DNA of 64,000 nucleotides from Octopus sinensis (lineage: Eukaryota). Where the stretch lies: positions 9,610,001 to 9,674,000 of the forward strand of contig NC_043020.1 of assembly GCF_006345805.1 (NCBI RefSeq). Direction: 5' to 3'. A program made the translations under genes and the position numbers. Each line of letters starts with the position of its first letter. The first letter of the stretch is position 1. The notes under the pieces are model-generated. The model made no database searches and was not told where the DNA came from. It saw nothing but the letters and a program-made list of their open reading frames with translations. Shown here in pieces: positions 22,196 through 34,459 of this stretch.

Positions 22196-23054
22196 GTGAG
22201 TGTTGTTTTATTGTTTTGTTGGAATTGTTGTAGAAATTGTTATAGTTTATATAGGCGCAGGAGAGGCTGTGTGGTAAGTAGCTTGCTTACCAACCACATG
22301 GTTCCGGGTTCAGTCCCACTGCGCGGCACCTTGGGCAAGTGTCTTCTACTATAGCTTCGGGCCGACCAATGTCTTGTGAGTGGATTTGGTAGACGGAAAC
22401 TGAAAGAAGCCTATATAGGTGCAGGAGTGGCTGAGTGGTAAGTAGCTTGCTTACCGACCACTTGGTTCCGGGTTCAGTCCCACTGCGCGGCACCTTGGGC
22501 AAGTGTCTTCTTCTATAGCTTCGGGCCGACCAAAGCCTTGTGAGTGGATTTGGTAGACGGAAACTGAAAGAAGCCCATTGTATATATGTATATATATATA
22601 TATGTGTGTCTGTGTTTATCCCGCCAACATCGCTTGACAACTGATGCTGGTGTGTTTACGATTGAATAAGGGTCAATAAAAAAAGTTACTAATCCGAAGT
22701 GGTAGATTGGTGGAACTCATAGAATGTCAGATTGGACACTACAGTATCTGTTCCAGCTCTTTGCATCTTGAATTCAAATCCTGCTATGACCTACTTGGGT
22801 GATAGACCTGACAGTATCACACCACCACCACCAGTTTAACACCACCACCAGGCACTTTGGATGCTGTGAGTGGAGTCCACTCAGTTGCAAGCATTCAGGC
22901 CAGGCTTCTGGTTTGAGAATATTCTACTCTCTCACTCCAACCAGCCACAGAGGTTCCGAAATGGGTCATTTAGAATGGAAAGTTGACGACTTGATAGAAA
23001 CACTATAAAGCCAACTTGTGAACATGACTACATGCTGCCTTATTTAGTCCATAG

Positions 23055-24651
23055 CAGTGTTTCTCAACCAGCTTTTACCTATGGACCCCTTTGATTATTT
23101 TTTCACTCTGGACCCCATAGCTTTTCAATATTCAAAAACTAATTTTAGACATACTTCTTTCAAAATTCCTCTTTTGTTTTTCACGAAATCGAAATCGAAT
23201 TGAACCAGCCAGGACCCCTGGACTGGAGATACGTAAAAAGCACCATCTGACTCGTGGCCGATGCCAGCACCGCCTCGACTGGCTTCCGTGACGGTGACAC
23301 ATAAAAAGCACCATCCAAATCGTGGCTGATGCCAGTGCCGCCTCGACTGGCTTCCGTGCCGGTGGCACCTAAAATGCACTAATCCGACCGTGTCCGTTGC
23401 CAGCCTTGCCTGGCACCTGTGCAGTTGGCACATAAACAGTATCCACTACACTCACGGAGTGGTTGGCGTTAGGAAGGGCATCCAGCTGTAGAAACATTGC
23501 CAGATCAGACTGGAGCCTGGTGCAGCCTTCTGGCTTCCCAGATCCCCGGTCGAACCGTCCAACGCATGCTAGCATGGAGAACGGACGTTAAACGATGATG
23601 ATGATGATGAACTTACGTAGAGAAAGAAACCAAACTGTTTCTTGTTATAAATACAATAAAAATAATAAATGCGCCCTTTTAAAGCCAAACCAGGCTCATG
23701 GGCCCGGTTTCCCGGTTTGTATGGCATATGTGTTACCCAGCTGAGTGAACTGGAGCAACATGAAATGAAGTGTTTTGCTCAAGGACACAATATGTCGCAT
23801 GGTTCAGGAATCGAAACTACAATCTTACGATCATGATGCTGACACCCTAACCACTAAACCACGCGCCTCCACAAATAGAAATTAACTTTTATTAAATTTC
23901 CTGGTGCTTATAACAGAATGATGAAATGAACTTAAATTGTCTAAACAAAAGTATCTAGTACCTTAAAATAAAATGAAATAAAACGTACTTCTCATTTCTA
24001 TATTTGCCATAAAACATAAATAAATACTCCCTTTTAAAGCCTAGCAAGGCTCATGGGCTCAGTTTCCCAGTTTCTATGGTGTATGTGTTCCCCAGCTGGA
24101 GGAACGCCAGTGCATCGCAGCATTACTCATTTTTGCCAGCTGAGTGGACAGGAGCAACATGAAATGAAGTGTTTTGCTCAAGAACACAATTCATTGCCCG
24201 GTCCAGGAATCGAAACCACAATCTTACCATCATGATGCTGACACCCTAACCACTAAGCCATGCACCTCCACAAAAATAAATGCGCCCTTTTAAAGCCTAG
24301 CCAGGCTCATGGGCCCAGTTTCCCGGTTTCTATGGCATATGTGTTCCCCAGCTGGAGGAACGCCAGTGCATCACAGCGTTACTCATTTTTGCCAGCTGAG
24401 TGGACAGGAGCAACATGAAATGAAGTGTTTTGCTCAAGAACACAATTCATTGCCCGGTCCAGGAATCGAAACCACAATCTTACCATCATGATGCTGACAT
24501 CCTAACCACTAAGCCATGCGCCTCCACTGTAATAAACTCATCCAAATCAATATTTTTCATGGACCCTTGAAATGCTACTGCGGATCCCCAATTTTCTATT
24601 TTTCTTGTGTGGATCTCCAGGAGTCACATGGACCCTGGTTAAGAACCACTT
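23055..24651. mobile_element. Old hAT-like MITE interrupted by nested SINEs
   Basis: cagtgtttctcaacc at 23055 and ggttaagaaccact at about 24650; similar 8-mers gtccatag/gtctacag outside. Confidence 0.55.
23670..24528 (-). mobile_element. Three clustered tRNA-CORE-like SINEs (family E)
   Basis: Copies 23670-23872, 24030-24270, 24278-24528; head gtggaggcgc.tggcttagtggttaggg, body cttgagcaaaacacttcatttc. Confidence 0.8.
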
Positions 24652-24790
24652 GTCTACAGTAATTGCTATCCTAATTATGAAACGTTAATTTGGCTACAGT
24701 GCCCCACCCTCTGTTTCCTCATCTCTCCCTTGTTTTCTCACTCACTCACTCACTCACCTCCCTTTATATATCAACTTGTATTTGTTTCAG

Positions 24791-24856
24791 GTTACCCTAC
24801 CTTACATTGAGACCGCATACAACTGGGAATGGGTCTTCTACATGTTTGTGATCATG
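24791..24856 (+). CDS. SLC37A3: SLC37A3-like exon (VTLPYIETAYNWEWVFYMFVIM)
   Basis: tttcag acceptor, atg|gtaagt donor; W-x-W-V-F-Y motif. Confidence 0.93.
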
Positions 24857-25005
24857 GTAAGTTGCTCTTTGACAAGATATACTTCTTCATAGATAAACAC
24901 CACACAACCAAGACATCACCAGACTCTCTCCTCTCCCTGAGGGTACAAAACCTTAAGGTTGCCGCCATCAACGCTGGCATGAGGACAGGTATGTGTGGAG
25001 AGCTG

Positions 25006-25233
25006 GCGGCGAGCTGGCAGACTCGTTAGCACGCCGGGCGAAATGCGTAGCCGTATTTTGTCTGCCGTTACGTTCTGAGTTCAAATTCTGCCGAGGTCGA
25101 CTTTGCCTTTCATTTTTCGGGGTCAATTAAATAAGTACCAGTTACACACTGGGGTCGATATAATTGACTTAGTCCGTTTGTCTGTCCTTGTTTGTCCTCT
25201 CTGTGTTTAGCCCCTTGTGGGTAGTAAAGAAAT
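25006..25233 (+). mobile_element. tRNA-derived SINE family C (Deu/Nin-like central motif), full copy with 15-bp TSD
   Basis: GAGTTCAAATTC B box; gcctttcatcctttcggggtcgataaa-type core; TSD AGGTATGTGTGGAGA at 24987-25001 and 25234-25248. Other copies near 18105-18330, 36480-36718, 51712-51930, 58927-59150. Confidence 0.88.
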
Positions 25234-25372
25234 AGGTATGTGTGGAGAAACTCTAGAGATGTTGTAGCAGACAGGAATAGATGTTTGCTGTGTCACTAGA
25301 GGCAAAATGTGGAAGAACTTTGGTCAAACTCCTCATAAGCAAGGAACAAAGATTTAACCCTTTTGTTATTGT

Positions 25373-25824
25373 TGGTATAGTTCTCTCATGTTCCCTTTCC
25401 TGTATGCCTCCTCTGCCCTTGCACATTCCTCATTCCAGTATTTCTCTTTGTCCTTCCTGGTGGCCTGTTGGAACATTGCATTCAGGCGCCGCACTTCATC
25501 CCTTCTTCTGGTCATCTTTGCTCCTCTTCTCTCTTCTGCTATTGCAATAGTCTCCTCCGAAATCCACTCTGCTGATCGTGCGTAAATTGGCATATTTCGG
25601 TCATATTATGCGGAGAGAATCCCTGGAGAAGGACATCATGCTCGGAATGGTCAGTGGCAAGAGAGGAAGAGGCCGACCAAGAACCCGATGGCTTGACACC
25701 ATCAGGAGTGATACCGGAATGGACATGGCCAATCTGAAAGAAGCGGCCCAGGATAGAACTGACTGGAGGACACTGATCCAACGAGTGACCGAGAGTCGAC
25801 TTCGACTGAGCGGATAGAGAAAGA
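25373..25824. mobile_element. RTE-BovB-like insertion with inverted 5' segment
   Basis: - strand: EWISEETIAIAEERR...YWNEECARAEEAYRKGNMRELY; + strand: LAYFGHIMRRESLEKDIMLG...RGRPRTRWLD...; TSD GTTATTGT at 25365-25372 and 25825-25832. Confidence 0.85.
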
Positions 25825-26104
25825 GTTATTGTATTCATTTTGAGATGCTCTCTATTCCTTTCAATTACTTTAAATATAACAAAGGGTTTAGTAAAATAAC
25901 TTAGTTACCATTAAGCTAGTGTTCAAAACATAAACTATGACTAAGTTTCAGTGGAAGATTTTAATTCAAAACTTCAGTAAGTTTTAATAAGTTGTTCATT
26001 ATATATTTTTTTCCAGTATGTATAAACAATAATCCCAGGGCATTTTTACAGCAAATTTAAGTCAACAAAATACCTTCTGTAGAGAAGATACATGGTTATT
26101 CCAC

Positions 26105-26560
26105 TATATATAAGGGTGGATGGGACTAGCTGGGAAGAAGATGATATGGTAGTGATGGGGTACCAAAGCAAAACCCTCACAGAACAAGAAAAGGGGAAAA
26201 GCCCTCTCAGCTATGTGGGGAGAGTATTTAAGAGAGTAGGGAGGTGACTTTATGCCACTGACAAGAAGAGCAACTTCTATAGAAAAGGTACATAGTTACC
26301 CCCTACATATAATGGTAACTGGGAAGAAGATAACATGGGGTACCAAAGCAAAATCCTTGGATCAAGAAAAGGGGGAAAAGCCCTCTCAGCTATGTGGGGA
26401 AAGTATTTAAGAGAGTAGAGAGGTGACTTTATGCTATTGATAAGCAGAGTATCTTCTATAGAGAAGGTACATGGTTACCCCCTACATATAATGGTGGGTG
26501 GGAGTAGCTGGGAAGAAGATAACATGGGGTACCAAAGCAAAATCCTCATAGAACAAGAGG
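26105..26560. repeat. Diverged tandem repeat, about 180-190 bp, about 2.4 copies
   Basis: taccaaagcaaaa at 26161, 26341, 26530. Confidence 0.8.
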
Positions 26561-26676
26561 GGATGCAGACTGTGGGTTAGTAAGTGGGACATTTATGCAT
26601 GTGTATTTCCATTGATATTTATTTCGATGTACATGAACATCGAAATAAATATCAATGGAAATAGTAGTTCTGATAC

Positions 26677-27440
26677 CTGTGCTGGTGGCACATAAAAAGC
26701 ACCATCCGTACGTGGCCGTTGCCAGCGCCGCCTCAACTGGCTTCTGTGCTGGTGGCACATAAAAAGCACCATCCGTACGTGGCCGTTGCCAGCGCCGCCT
26801 CAACTGGCTTCTGTGCTGGTGGCACATAAAAAGCACCATCCGAACGTGGCCGTTGCCAGCACCGCCTTGGCTGGCTTCTGTGCCGGTGGCACATAAAAAG
26901 CACCATCCGTACGTGGCCGTTGCCAGCGCCGCCTCAACTGGCTTCTGTGCTGATGGCACATAAAAAGCACCATCCGAACGTGGCCGTTGCCAGCACCGCC
27001 TTGGCTGGCTTCTGTGCCGGTGGCACATAAAAAGCACCATCCGTACGTGGCCGTTGCCAGCACCGCCTCAACTGGCTTCTGTGCCGGTGGCACATAAAAA
27101 GCACCATCCGTACGTGGCCGTTGCCAGCACCGCCTTGGCTGGCTTCTGTGCCGGTGGCACATAAAAAGCACCATCCGAACGTGGCCGTTGCCAGCGCCAC
27201 CTCCACTGGCTTCTGTGCCGGTGGCACATAAAAAGCACCATCCGAACGTGGCTGTTGCCAGCACCGCCTCAACTGGCTTCTGTGCCGGTGGCACATAAAA
27301 AGCATCATCCGCACGTGGCCGTTGCCAGCGCTGCCTCAACTGGCTTCTGTGCTGGTGGCACGTTAAAAGCTCCAACCGATCGTGGCCGATGCCGGGCCCC
27401 CCCTGGCACCTGTGCAGGTGGCACGTAAAAAGCACCCACT
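26677..27440 (+). repeat. 67-bp minisatellite, 11 units, continuous with a family-B element ending at about 27607
   Basis: gcaccatccg recurs at exact 67-bp steps from 26699 to 27369. Confidence 0.92.
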
Positions 27441-27804
27441 ACACTCGCGGAGTGGTTGGCGTTAGGAAGGGCATCCAGCTGTAGAAACTCTGCCAGATCA
27501 AGATTGGAGCCTGGTGCAGCCCCTGGCTTCCCAGATCCCGGTCGAACAGTCCAACCCGTGTTAGCGTGGAAAACGGACGTTAAACGATGATGATGATGAT
27601 GATGATGAGAGGAGAGTACTACATGGTTAGTCATGGTTAGTCATGGAAAGAGAGGTAAATATACAAAGTGATAAATAGGATTGGAGTTGTGACTTGATGA
27701 GAAATATTAGTTTGGGACAAGAAGGTTAGAGAGATAAGAGTGGCTCAGGGGTGTTAGTTCAGGAAATAGTGGCTAGAACAATCCTGTGAGAATTTTATTT
27801 ATTA

Positions 27805-28760
27805 TTTTAGTCAAGTTAAGTTAAGTTAAGTTAATTTTTTGGCTCAAAAAGCAAAAAGCAAGGCCATGTAGGGGGACATGGAGTTATGTACAGGGAGGGT
27901 GTTCATGCAAAGAGTTCAGGCCATTTCTGGTCAAGAGAGACTTTGAACCGAGCAGTCGTCAGCATCTTCACTATCTCGTCCGGCAGCTTATTCCACGGAT
28001 CCGCAACCTGGACGGAGAAAGCCCCTCTCCTTCGATTTACGTACAGGGAGGGTGTTCATGCAAAGAGTTCAGGCCATTTCTGGTCAAGAGAGACTTTGAA
28101 CCGAGCAGTCGTCGGCATCTTCACTATCTCGTCCGGCAGCTTATTCCACGGATCCGCAACCCGGTCGGAGAAAGCCCCTCTCCTTCGATTTACGTACAGG
28201 GAGGGTGTTCATGCAAAGAGTTCAGGCCATTTCTGGTCAAGAGAGACTTTGAACCGAGCGGTCGTCGGCATCTTCACTATCTCGTCCGGCAGCTTATTCC
28301 ACAGATCCGCAACCCGGACGGAGAAAGCCCCTCTCCTTCGATTTACGTACAGGGAAGGTGTTCACACAAAGAGTTCAGGCCATTTCTGGTCAAGAGAGAC
28401 TTTGGACCGAGCGGTCATCAGCATCTTCACTATCTCGTCCAGCAGCTTATTCCACGGATCCGCAACCCGGACGGAGAAAGCCCCTCTCCTCCGATTTACG
28501 TACAGGGAGGGTGTTCATGCAAAGAGTTCAGGCCATTTCTGGTCCAGAGAGACTTTGAACCGAGCAGTCGTCGGCATCTTCACTATCTCGTCCGGCAGCT
28601 TATTCCACGGATCCGCAACCCGGACGGTGAAAACCCCTCTCCTTCGATTGAGATGAAATCGTCGCAGATAGAGCTTTTCGGAGTGATCCCGCAGCCGACG
28701 CTCTGGAGCAGGAGTGAATGTAATCCCCTTAATTTGAAACCAGTTTGATAAGTGCCAATC
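27805..28760 (-). mobile_element. CR1/L2-clade LINE 3' end with five tandem 153-bp units and (TAACT)n tail
   Basis: FTVRVADPWNKLPDEIV RT C-terminus; units start at 27888, 28041, 28194, 28347, 28500. Confidence 0.9.
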
Positions 28761-28870
28761 CATGGAATTTGTAGGTTTTAAGTCATTCTATAAATTTTGC
28801 CAAGTAAATTTTTTAAAAATTTGTCTTAAATATGCCCAGTATTTCATTTTTATTTTGTCATATTTTGCAG

Positions 28871-29050
28871 ACTGTACTCACGATCGCTTGCCTAATGCCA
28901 ATGTTTATCCGAGACGCAAGAGAAACCTTGCCGTGTTGTAAACGACGCAATAACACAGATGCTGAAGTATCCGTAGACCCTCCGGTTCGTGAGAGACAAA
29001 ACACTGCCCCTTACAGTGATCCTCCACCCTCATACGATGAAATTTCATGA
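28871..29050 (+). CDS. SLC37A3: SLC37A3-like terminal coding exon (TVLTIACLMPMFIRDARETLPCC...SDPPPSYDEIS*)
   Basis: tttgcag acceptor, phase 0; last TM helix then cytosolic tail to TGA; AATAAA at about 29090. Confidence 0.9.
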   Translation, partial: TVLTIACLMPMFIRDARETLPCCKRRNNTDAEVSVDPPVRERQNTAPYSDPPPSYDEIS

Positions 29051-29456
29051 AAAGAAATATGGAAACAAAAAACTCAAAAAAAAAAATGAAATAAAAAAAC
29101 CCAGCTGCTCAGAAAAAAGGAAAAAGGACAATTACAAACCCACAACGTGAAAATGACTATATATTTTGAATTGCAAAGAAAATTTCTGAAGACAAACAAC
29201 GTCTGTCACAAAGATAAATAGATTGGGAAAAAAACACAACGAAATATCAAAATATTAATCATATCTATTGGGGAAAGAGAAAAAGAGCAAACATATATTA
29301 GCTCAATCCATGGAGAAGATACAAGGTTCTAAATGTGACCTTGTTTTCATAATGTGTGTGTGTGTATGTGTATCAATTTATATCTATACCTCTATGTGTA
29401 TGTATATGTTTGTGCATATATATATATATATATATGTATATGTATATGTATGTATA

Positions 29457-29520
<64 letters not shown>

Positions 29521-29775
29521 GTACGTTTAACCCTTTAGTGTTCAGATTATTTAATCAAACATAATGCCTATTGATTCCCATTGATTTGAATTAATCATGC
29601 ATTATCTCATATCTTCAAGATCTTGATGGTGTAATTACTTAATGTAGAATAACATTGTTGGGTAGGTGTGAGAGCCTGGATCTGGTCAGTTTGAACATAA
29701 AACAGATTAACTATTTTGGCCAGATATGGCTGGTTTAAACACTAAAGGGTTAAATGACCATTCCGAAATATAACA

Positions 29776-29809
<34 letters not shown>

Positions 29810-30308
29810 GTATATATATATACATATACATATATATGAATATAGATATGGGTTAACTCACACATGCAAATGCATATACAAAGAATGGAGGGATATTGTC
29901 CATCATGCAGGAAAAAAAATACATTTTCATTACTAATATATGCATGTGTGTGTGTACATATATATATATGTATGTATATCAATGTAATGTATTTGTACAA
30001 ATGTATATATGTAAATAATGTCAGTATATGTACATAAATGTGTTTGTGTGTGTATATATATACATACATGTATATATGTATATATATGTGTATGTGTATA
30101 TATATATATATATAGTCAAAATGAGGGTGTAAAAATTGAATATTAATTTAATAACATCAATTTAACACCAGTGGTTTAGCACATAAAAAAACTGAGATTC
30201 AGTAAATATTATTAATACACAAATATGAGAGTGAATCCACTATGCGGACGCTCTTACGCTGAGCGTCCACATAGTGGATTCTCTCTCATATTTGTATGTA
30301 TATATATG

Positions 30309-30345
<37 letters not shown>

Positions 30346-30354
30346 GTATATATG

Positions 30355-30386
<32 letters not shown>

Positions 30387-30460
30387 TATATGTTATATAT
30401 ATATGTATATATAATCTAAATAATAAGACAAAGAAATACTTTAACACACCTTTAATGACC

Positions 30461-30551
30461 AGTTACAATTGTTTCGATACCAACTCTGTTTGCAATGCCA
30501 GTTTACATAATATTTACCGTTTTTGACATTAGAGTGGCACTTCATCAGGTT
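30461..30551 (-). ncRNA. Hammerhead-like motif with canonical core (CUGAUGA...GAAAC AAUU GUA)
   Basis: Stem II GTGCCA-CTCT/AGAG-T-TGGTAT with a long loop, palindromic stem III ACAATTGT; stem I poor. Confidence 0.5.
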
Positions 30552-30581
30552 TGCATCAAAGGTACACTCTCACATTGTGCC

Positions 30582-30614
<33 letters not shown>

Positions 30615-31010
30615 CAAATTGAGATAGGGGTTGTAAATGCAACCCTCTATGGGATAACGTATATCCAATATACTGCTAGTGAAGTACCCAACAAAGTTAA
30701 CACATAAATGTTAAGAATTGCGATGCAATCAATTCATTTACTGTATTATATGGGCAAAGGTAAAATGATTTACCACAAATTACTAATACAAGATAAGAAA
30801 ATGGAGAAATACATCTAAATCAAATATCAATTACCAGATAATACTCAATCACATACTTTATTAAACCACCACATAAGAGACTGTAGGGTTAAATATAAAA
30901 AGCAGAATAAATCAGTGTACATAAAGGAATGTACATAAAAAAGTGTACATAAAAGAGTAATGTTGTATAATAAGTAGAATACATATAAAAGAGAATATAA
31001 ATACAAGTAA

Positions 31011-31048
<38 letters not shown>

Positions 31049-31053
<5 letters not shown>

Positions 31054-31382
31054 GGAAATGAAGAAAATGCTGACAAAATAATTTAAGTAAGGAGAGTGTA
31101 TTTAATTAGGTGAAAGTTCTTTTTACCGGTTGCGCATTTGTTATGCTTATCAAAAGATATTTTTTAAGAGAGATAGAGTTCCTTTCTGATAGATTTTTTT
31201 CTCTTATCTTTCTCTTATCCAGATAAGAGAAAAAATCTATCAGAAAGGAACTCTATCTCTCTTAAAATAATATCTTTTGATAAACATAACAAATGCGCAA
31301 CCGGTAAAAATAACTTTCACCTAATTAAACACACTCTCCCTTACTTAAATTATTTTGTCAGCATTTTCTTCATTTCCTTTTT
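31049..31382. repeat. Fold-back, about 160-bp arms, 11-nt loop
   Basis: 31049-31209 vs 31221-31382; left end abuts (TA)n. Confidence 0.9.
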
Positions 31383-33080
31383 TTATATATCACAACTCGT
31401 GTTCCACATCTCTTTTTTAAATATATATATATTTACTCTTCAGAGTAAACTTATAATGAAGAAACTCAGCCAAAGACAAACAACGAAGAGTCTTAAGTTC
31501 ATAATTTTATCAAACTACGATTTTCCATTTTCTGACTCATAATGAAGATGTAAATAGTTTTTGAATGGGAATTTATAAAATTTGGAAATTTCTTATTAAT
31601 TTTTGGAAACATTTACAAAATTCTTGTACAGTTTTTTAAAAATTTTATATCATTTTTTTTTCTTCCTTATCATCCTTTCAGGGTTGATAAAATAAGCACC
31701 AGTTGTGCACTAGGGTCGATATAATCAACTAGGTCCCTCCTATCAAATTTCAGGCCCTGTACCTATAGTAGAAAGGACTGCTGCTGTTGTTGTTGTTGTT
31801 AAGGTGGTGAACTGGTTGAATTGTTTAAGCATCGGAAAAAGTGCTTTGCAGTACTTTTTCTGGCTCTTTACATTCCGAGTTCAAATCCTAATGAAGTCAA
31901 TTTTGCCTTTCATCCTTTGAAGATCATCATCATCATCATCTTCATTTAACGTCCGCTTTCCATGCTAGCATGGGTTGAATGATTTGACTGAGGACTGGCG
32001 AACCAGATGGCTACACCAGGTTCCAATCTGATCTGGCAGAGTTTCTACAACTGGATGCCCTTCCTAATGCCAACCACTCAGAGAGTGTAGTGGGTGCTTT
32101 TTACGTGCCACCGGCATGAGGGCCAGTCAGGCGGTACATAAAAATAAAGTACTTGTCAAATATTGGGGGTCAATGGTATCAAGTAATCCCCTCCACTTTA
32201 GTATAAAAAGGTAGCAAGCTATTAGAATCTAGAATTACTAGAGTATCCAACAAAATGGATCTCTTTTCGTTCTGGTTTCAAATTGTACTGAGAGCATAAG
32301 TGATCTATTTCTAGCATATTGGATGTCCACTTAGTGGTCATCTCTTTTTATACGCATGTAATACAATTTTCCTGAATTTTCAAATTTTTCTATATGCTAG
32401 GCTACCGGTTTTAAATTGATGTTAATTAAATTAATATTCAATTTATCACCCTCGTTATTTAAATTTTATATATATATATATATATATATAGGCGCAGGAG
32501 TGGCTGTGTGGTAAGTAGCTTGCTAACCAACCACATGGTTCCGGGTTCAGTACCACTGCGTGGCATCTTGGGCAAGTGTCTTCTGCTATAGCCCCGGGCC
32601 GACCAATGCCTTGTGAGTGGATTTGGTAGACGGAAACTGAAAGAAGCCTGTCGTATATATGTATATATATGTGTGTGTGTGTGTGTGTTTCTATGTCTGT
32701 GTTTGTCCCCCTAGCATTGCTTGACAACCGATGCTGGTGTGTTTACGTCCCCCATCACTTAGTGGTTCGGCAAAAGAGACCGATAGAATAAGTACTGGGC
32801 TTACAAAAGAATAAGTCCCGGGATCGAATTGCTCGATTAAAGGCGGTGCTCCAGCATGGCCGCAGTTAAATGACTGAAACAAGTAAAAGAGTATATATAT
32901 ATATATAAAACCCATGCTAGCATGGAAAACGGACGTTAAGTATATATATATATATATATATAAACAACGGTTAAATTCATAAACAATACCGTTAAAGGTA
33001 TTCTTTAATATGCTGGCCATTGATGAAATTTTTTTCAAGAAAATTTTTTTTTTTTCGAAAAGAATTTTATCCTCACATTT

Positions 33081-33116
<36 letters not shown>

Positions 33117-34005
33117 TGTATGTACATAATGAGAGAAGTTATATTACAAGGTTTATTTTGTAAATATTTTGGGATAACATTCCATCCACTGAACTATTCA
33201 CCATCATGACAATTTTTTTTAATTCCATAGTTTCATACACAGACTCACACACACACACACACACACACATAATTGGTTCATTAAATTCCATTTTTTGAAC
33301 ATTTATTCAATAACAGCAAAAAAAAACAAAAACATTACTACACCATCGCCATAAAAAAAATCATTAAAGATTCATTCCAATGCTTGAAGCTTTTATTATT
33401 ATTATTATAATTAGTAGGGTGGCAAGCTGGCAGAATCATTAGCACACTGGGTGAAGTGCTTAGCAGTATTTTGTCTGCTGCTATGTTCTGAGTTCAAATT
33501 CCGCTGAGGTCGACTTTACCTTTTATCCTTTCGAGGTCAATGAAATAAGTACCGGTTATGCACTGGGGCCGATGTAATCAACTTAAGCTCCTTCCCCCCC
33601 AAATTTTCCAGGCCTTGTGCCTAGAATAGAAATAATAATTATTATTCCATATTATTCCATTCATCCATTTGTGGCCGATAAAATAAGTACCAGTTGACTA
33701 CTGGGGATTGATGTAATCAACTTACCCCACCTCCTCTGAAATTGCCGGCCTTGTGCCAAAATATGAAACCATTAATATTATTATTATTTAAGGCAGTGAG
33801 CTGGCAGAATCATTAGCATGCTCGGCAAAATACTTAATGGCATTTCATCTGTCTTTACATTCTGGGTTCAAATTCTGCCAAGGTCAACTTTGCCTTCCAT
33901 CCTTTTTGAGGTTGATAAATTAAGTACCAGTGAAACACTGGGGTCAATATAATCGATTAGTCCCCTTTCCCCAAAATTTCTGGCCTCCTGCCCTTAGTAG
34001 AAAGG

Positions 34006-34039
<34 letters not shown>

Positions 34040-34423
34040 TATGTTTGACTTTTGCTTTATATTTGTACAAGTTGGCTCCAAGTCTCACCCAGAGACTTCA
34101 AGAGACAACAGGTTGGAAGTTCACGTTGTTGTTATGCCTAGTGTGCCATATATTTGGTTTTTTTTTTGGTGTTGTACTAGTGAATGTCCAAAAAAAAAAA
34201 AAACGAAAATTATGTTTGTTTTAAACCCTGAGATTATTATTATTATATTATTATTATTGTTCAGTAGTTTTATTTTTATAGCGTGCTTTCACTTCACTTC
34301 ACTACCGAACGCAGCTCTGTGTGCCTTGGGTATGTGCTGTGATTTGTTGTGATGCTCTGATGGTTATTGTATGGAAAGTGTTCTGCGTAGGATGTGTGCA
34401 GTGCCTAGTAGTGCAATTTTCTG

Positions 34424-34459
<36 letters not shown>

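Noticed and set aside
26677-27440. CRISPR-like regular array / long ORFs 26546-27435
   Set aside because: Units are wholly repeated with no unique spacers, no cas genes, eukaryotic context; the ORFs are translations of the repeat
27886-28656. 256-aa repeat protein as a host gene
   Set aside because: It is the antisense of a CR1 RT end; kept only as a finding
29268-30526. YI/IY-rich ORFs
   Set aside because: (TA)n and (TATG)n microsatellites
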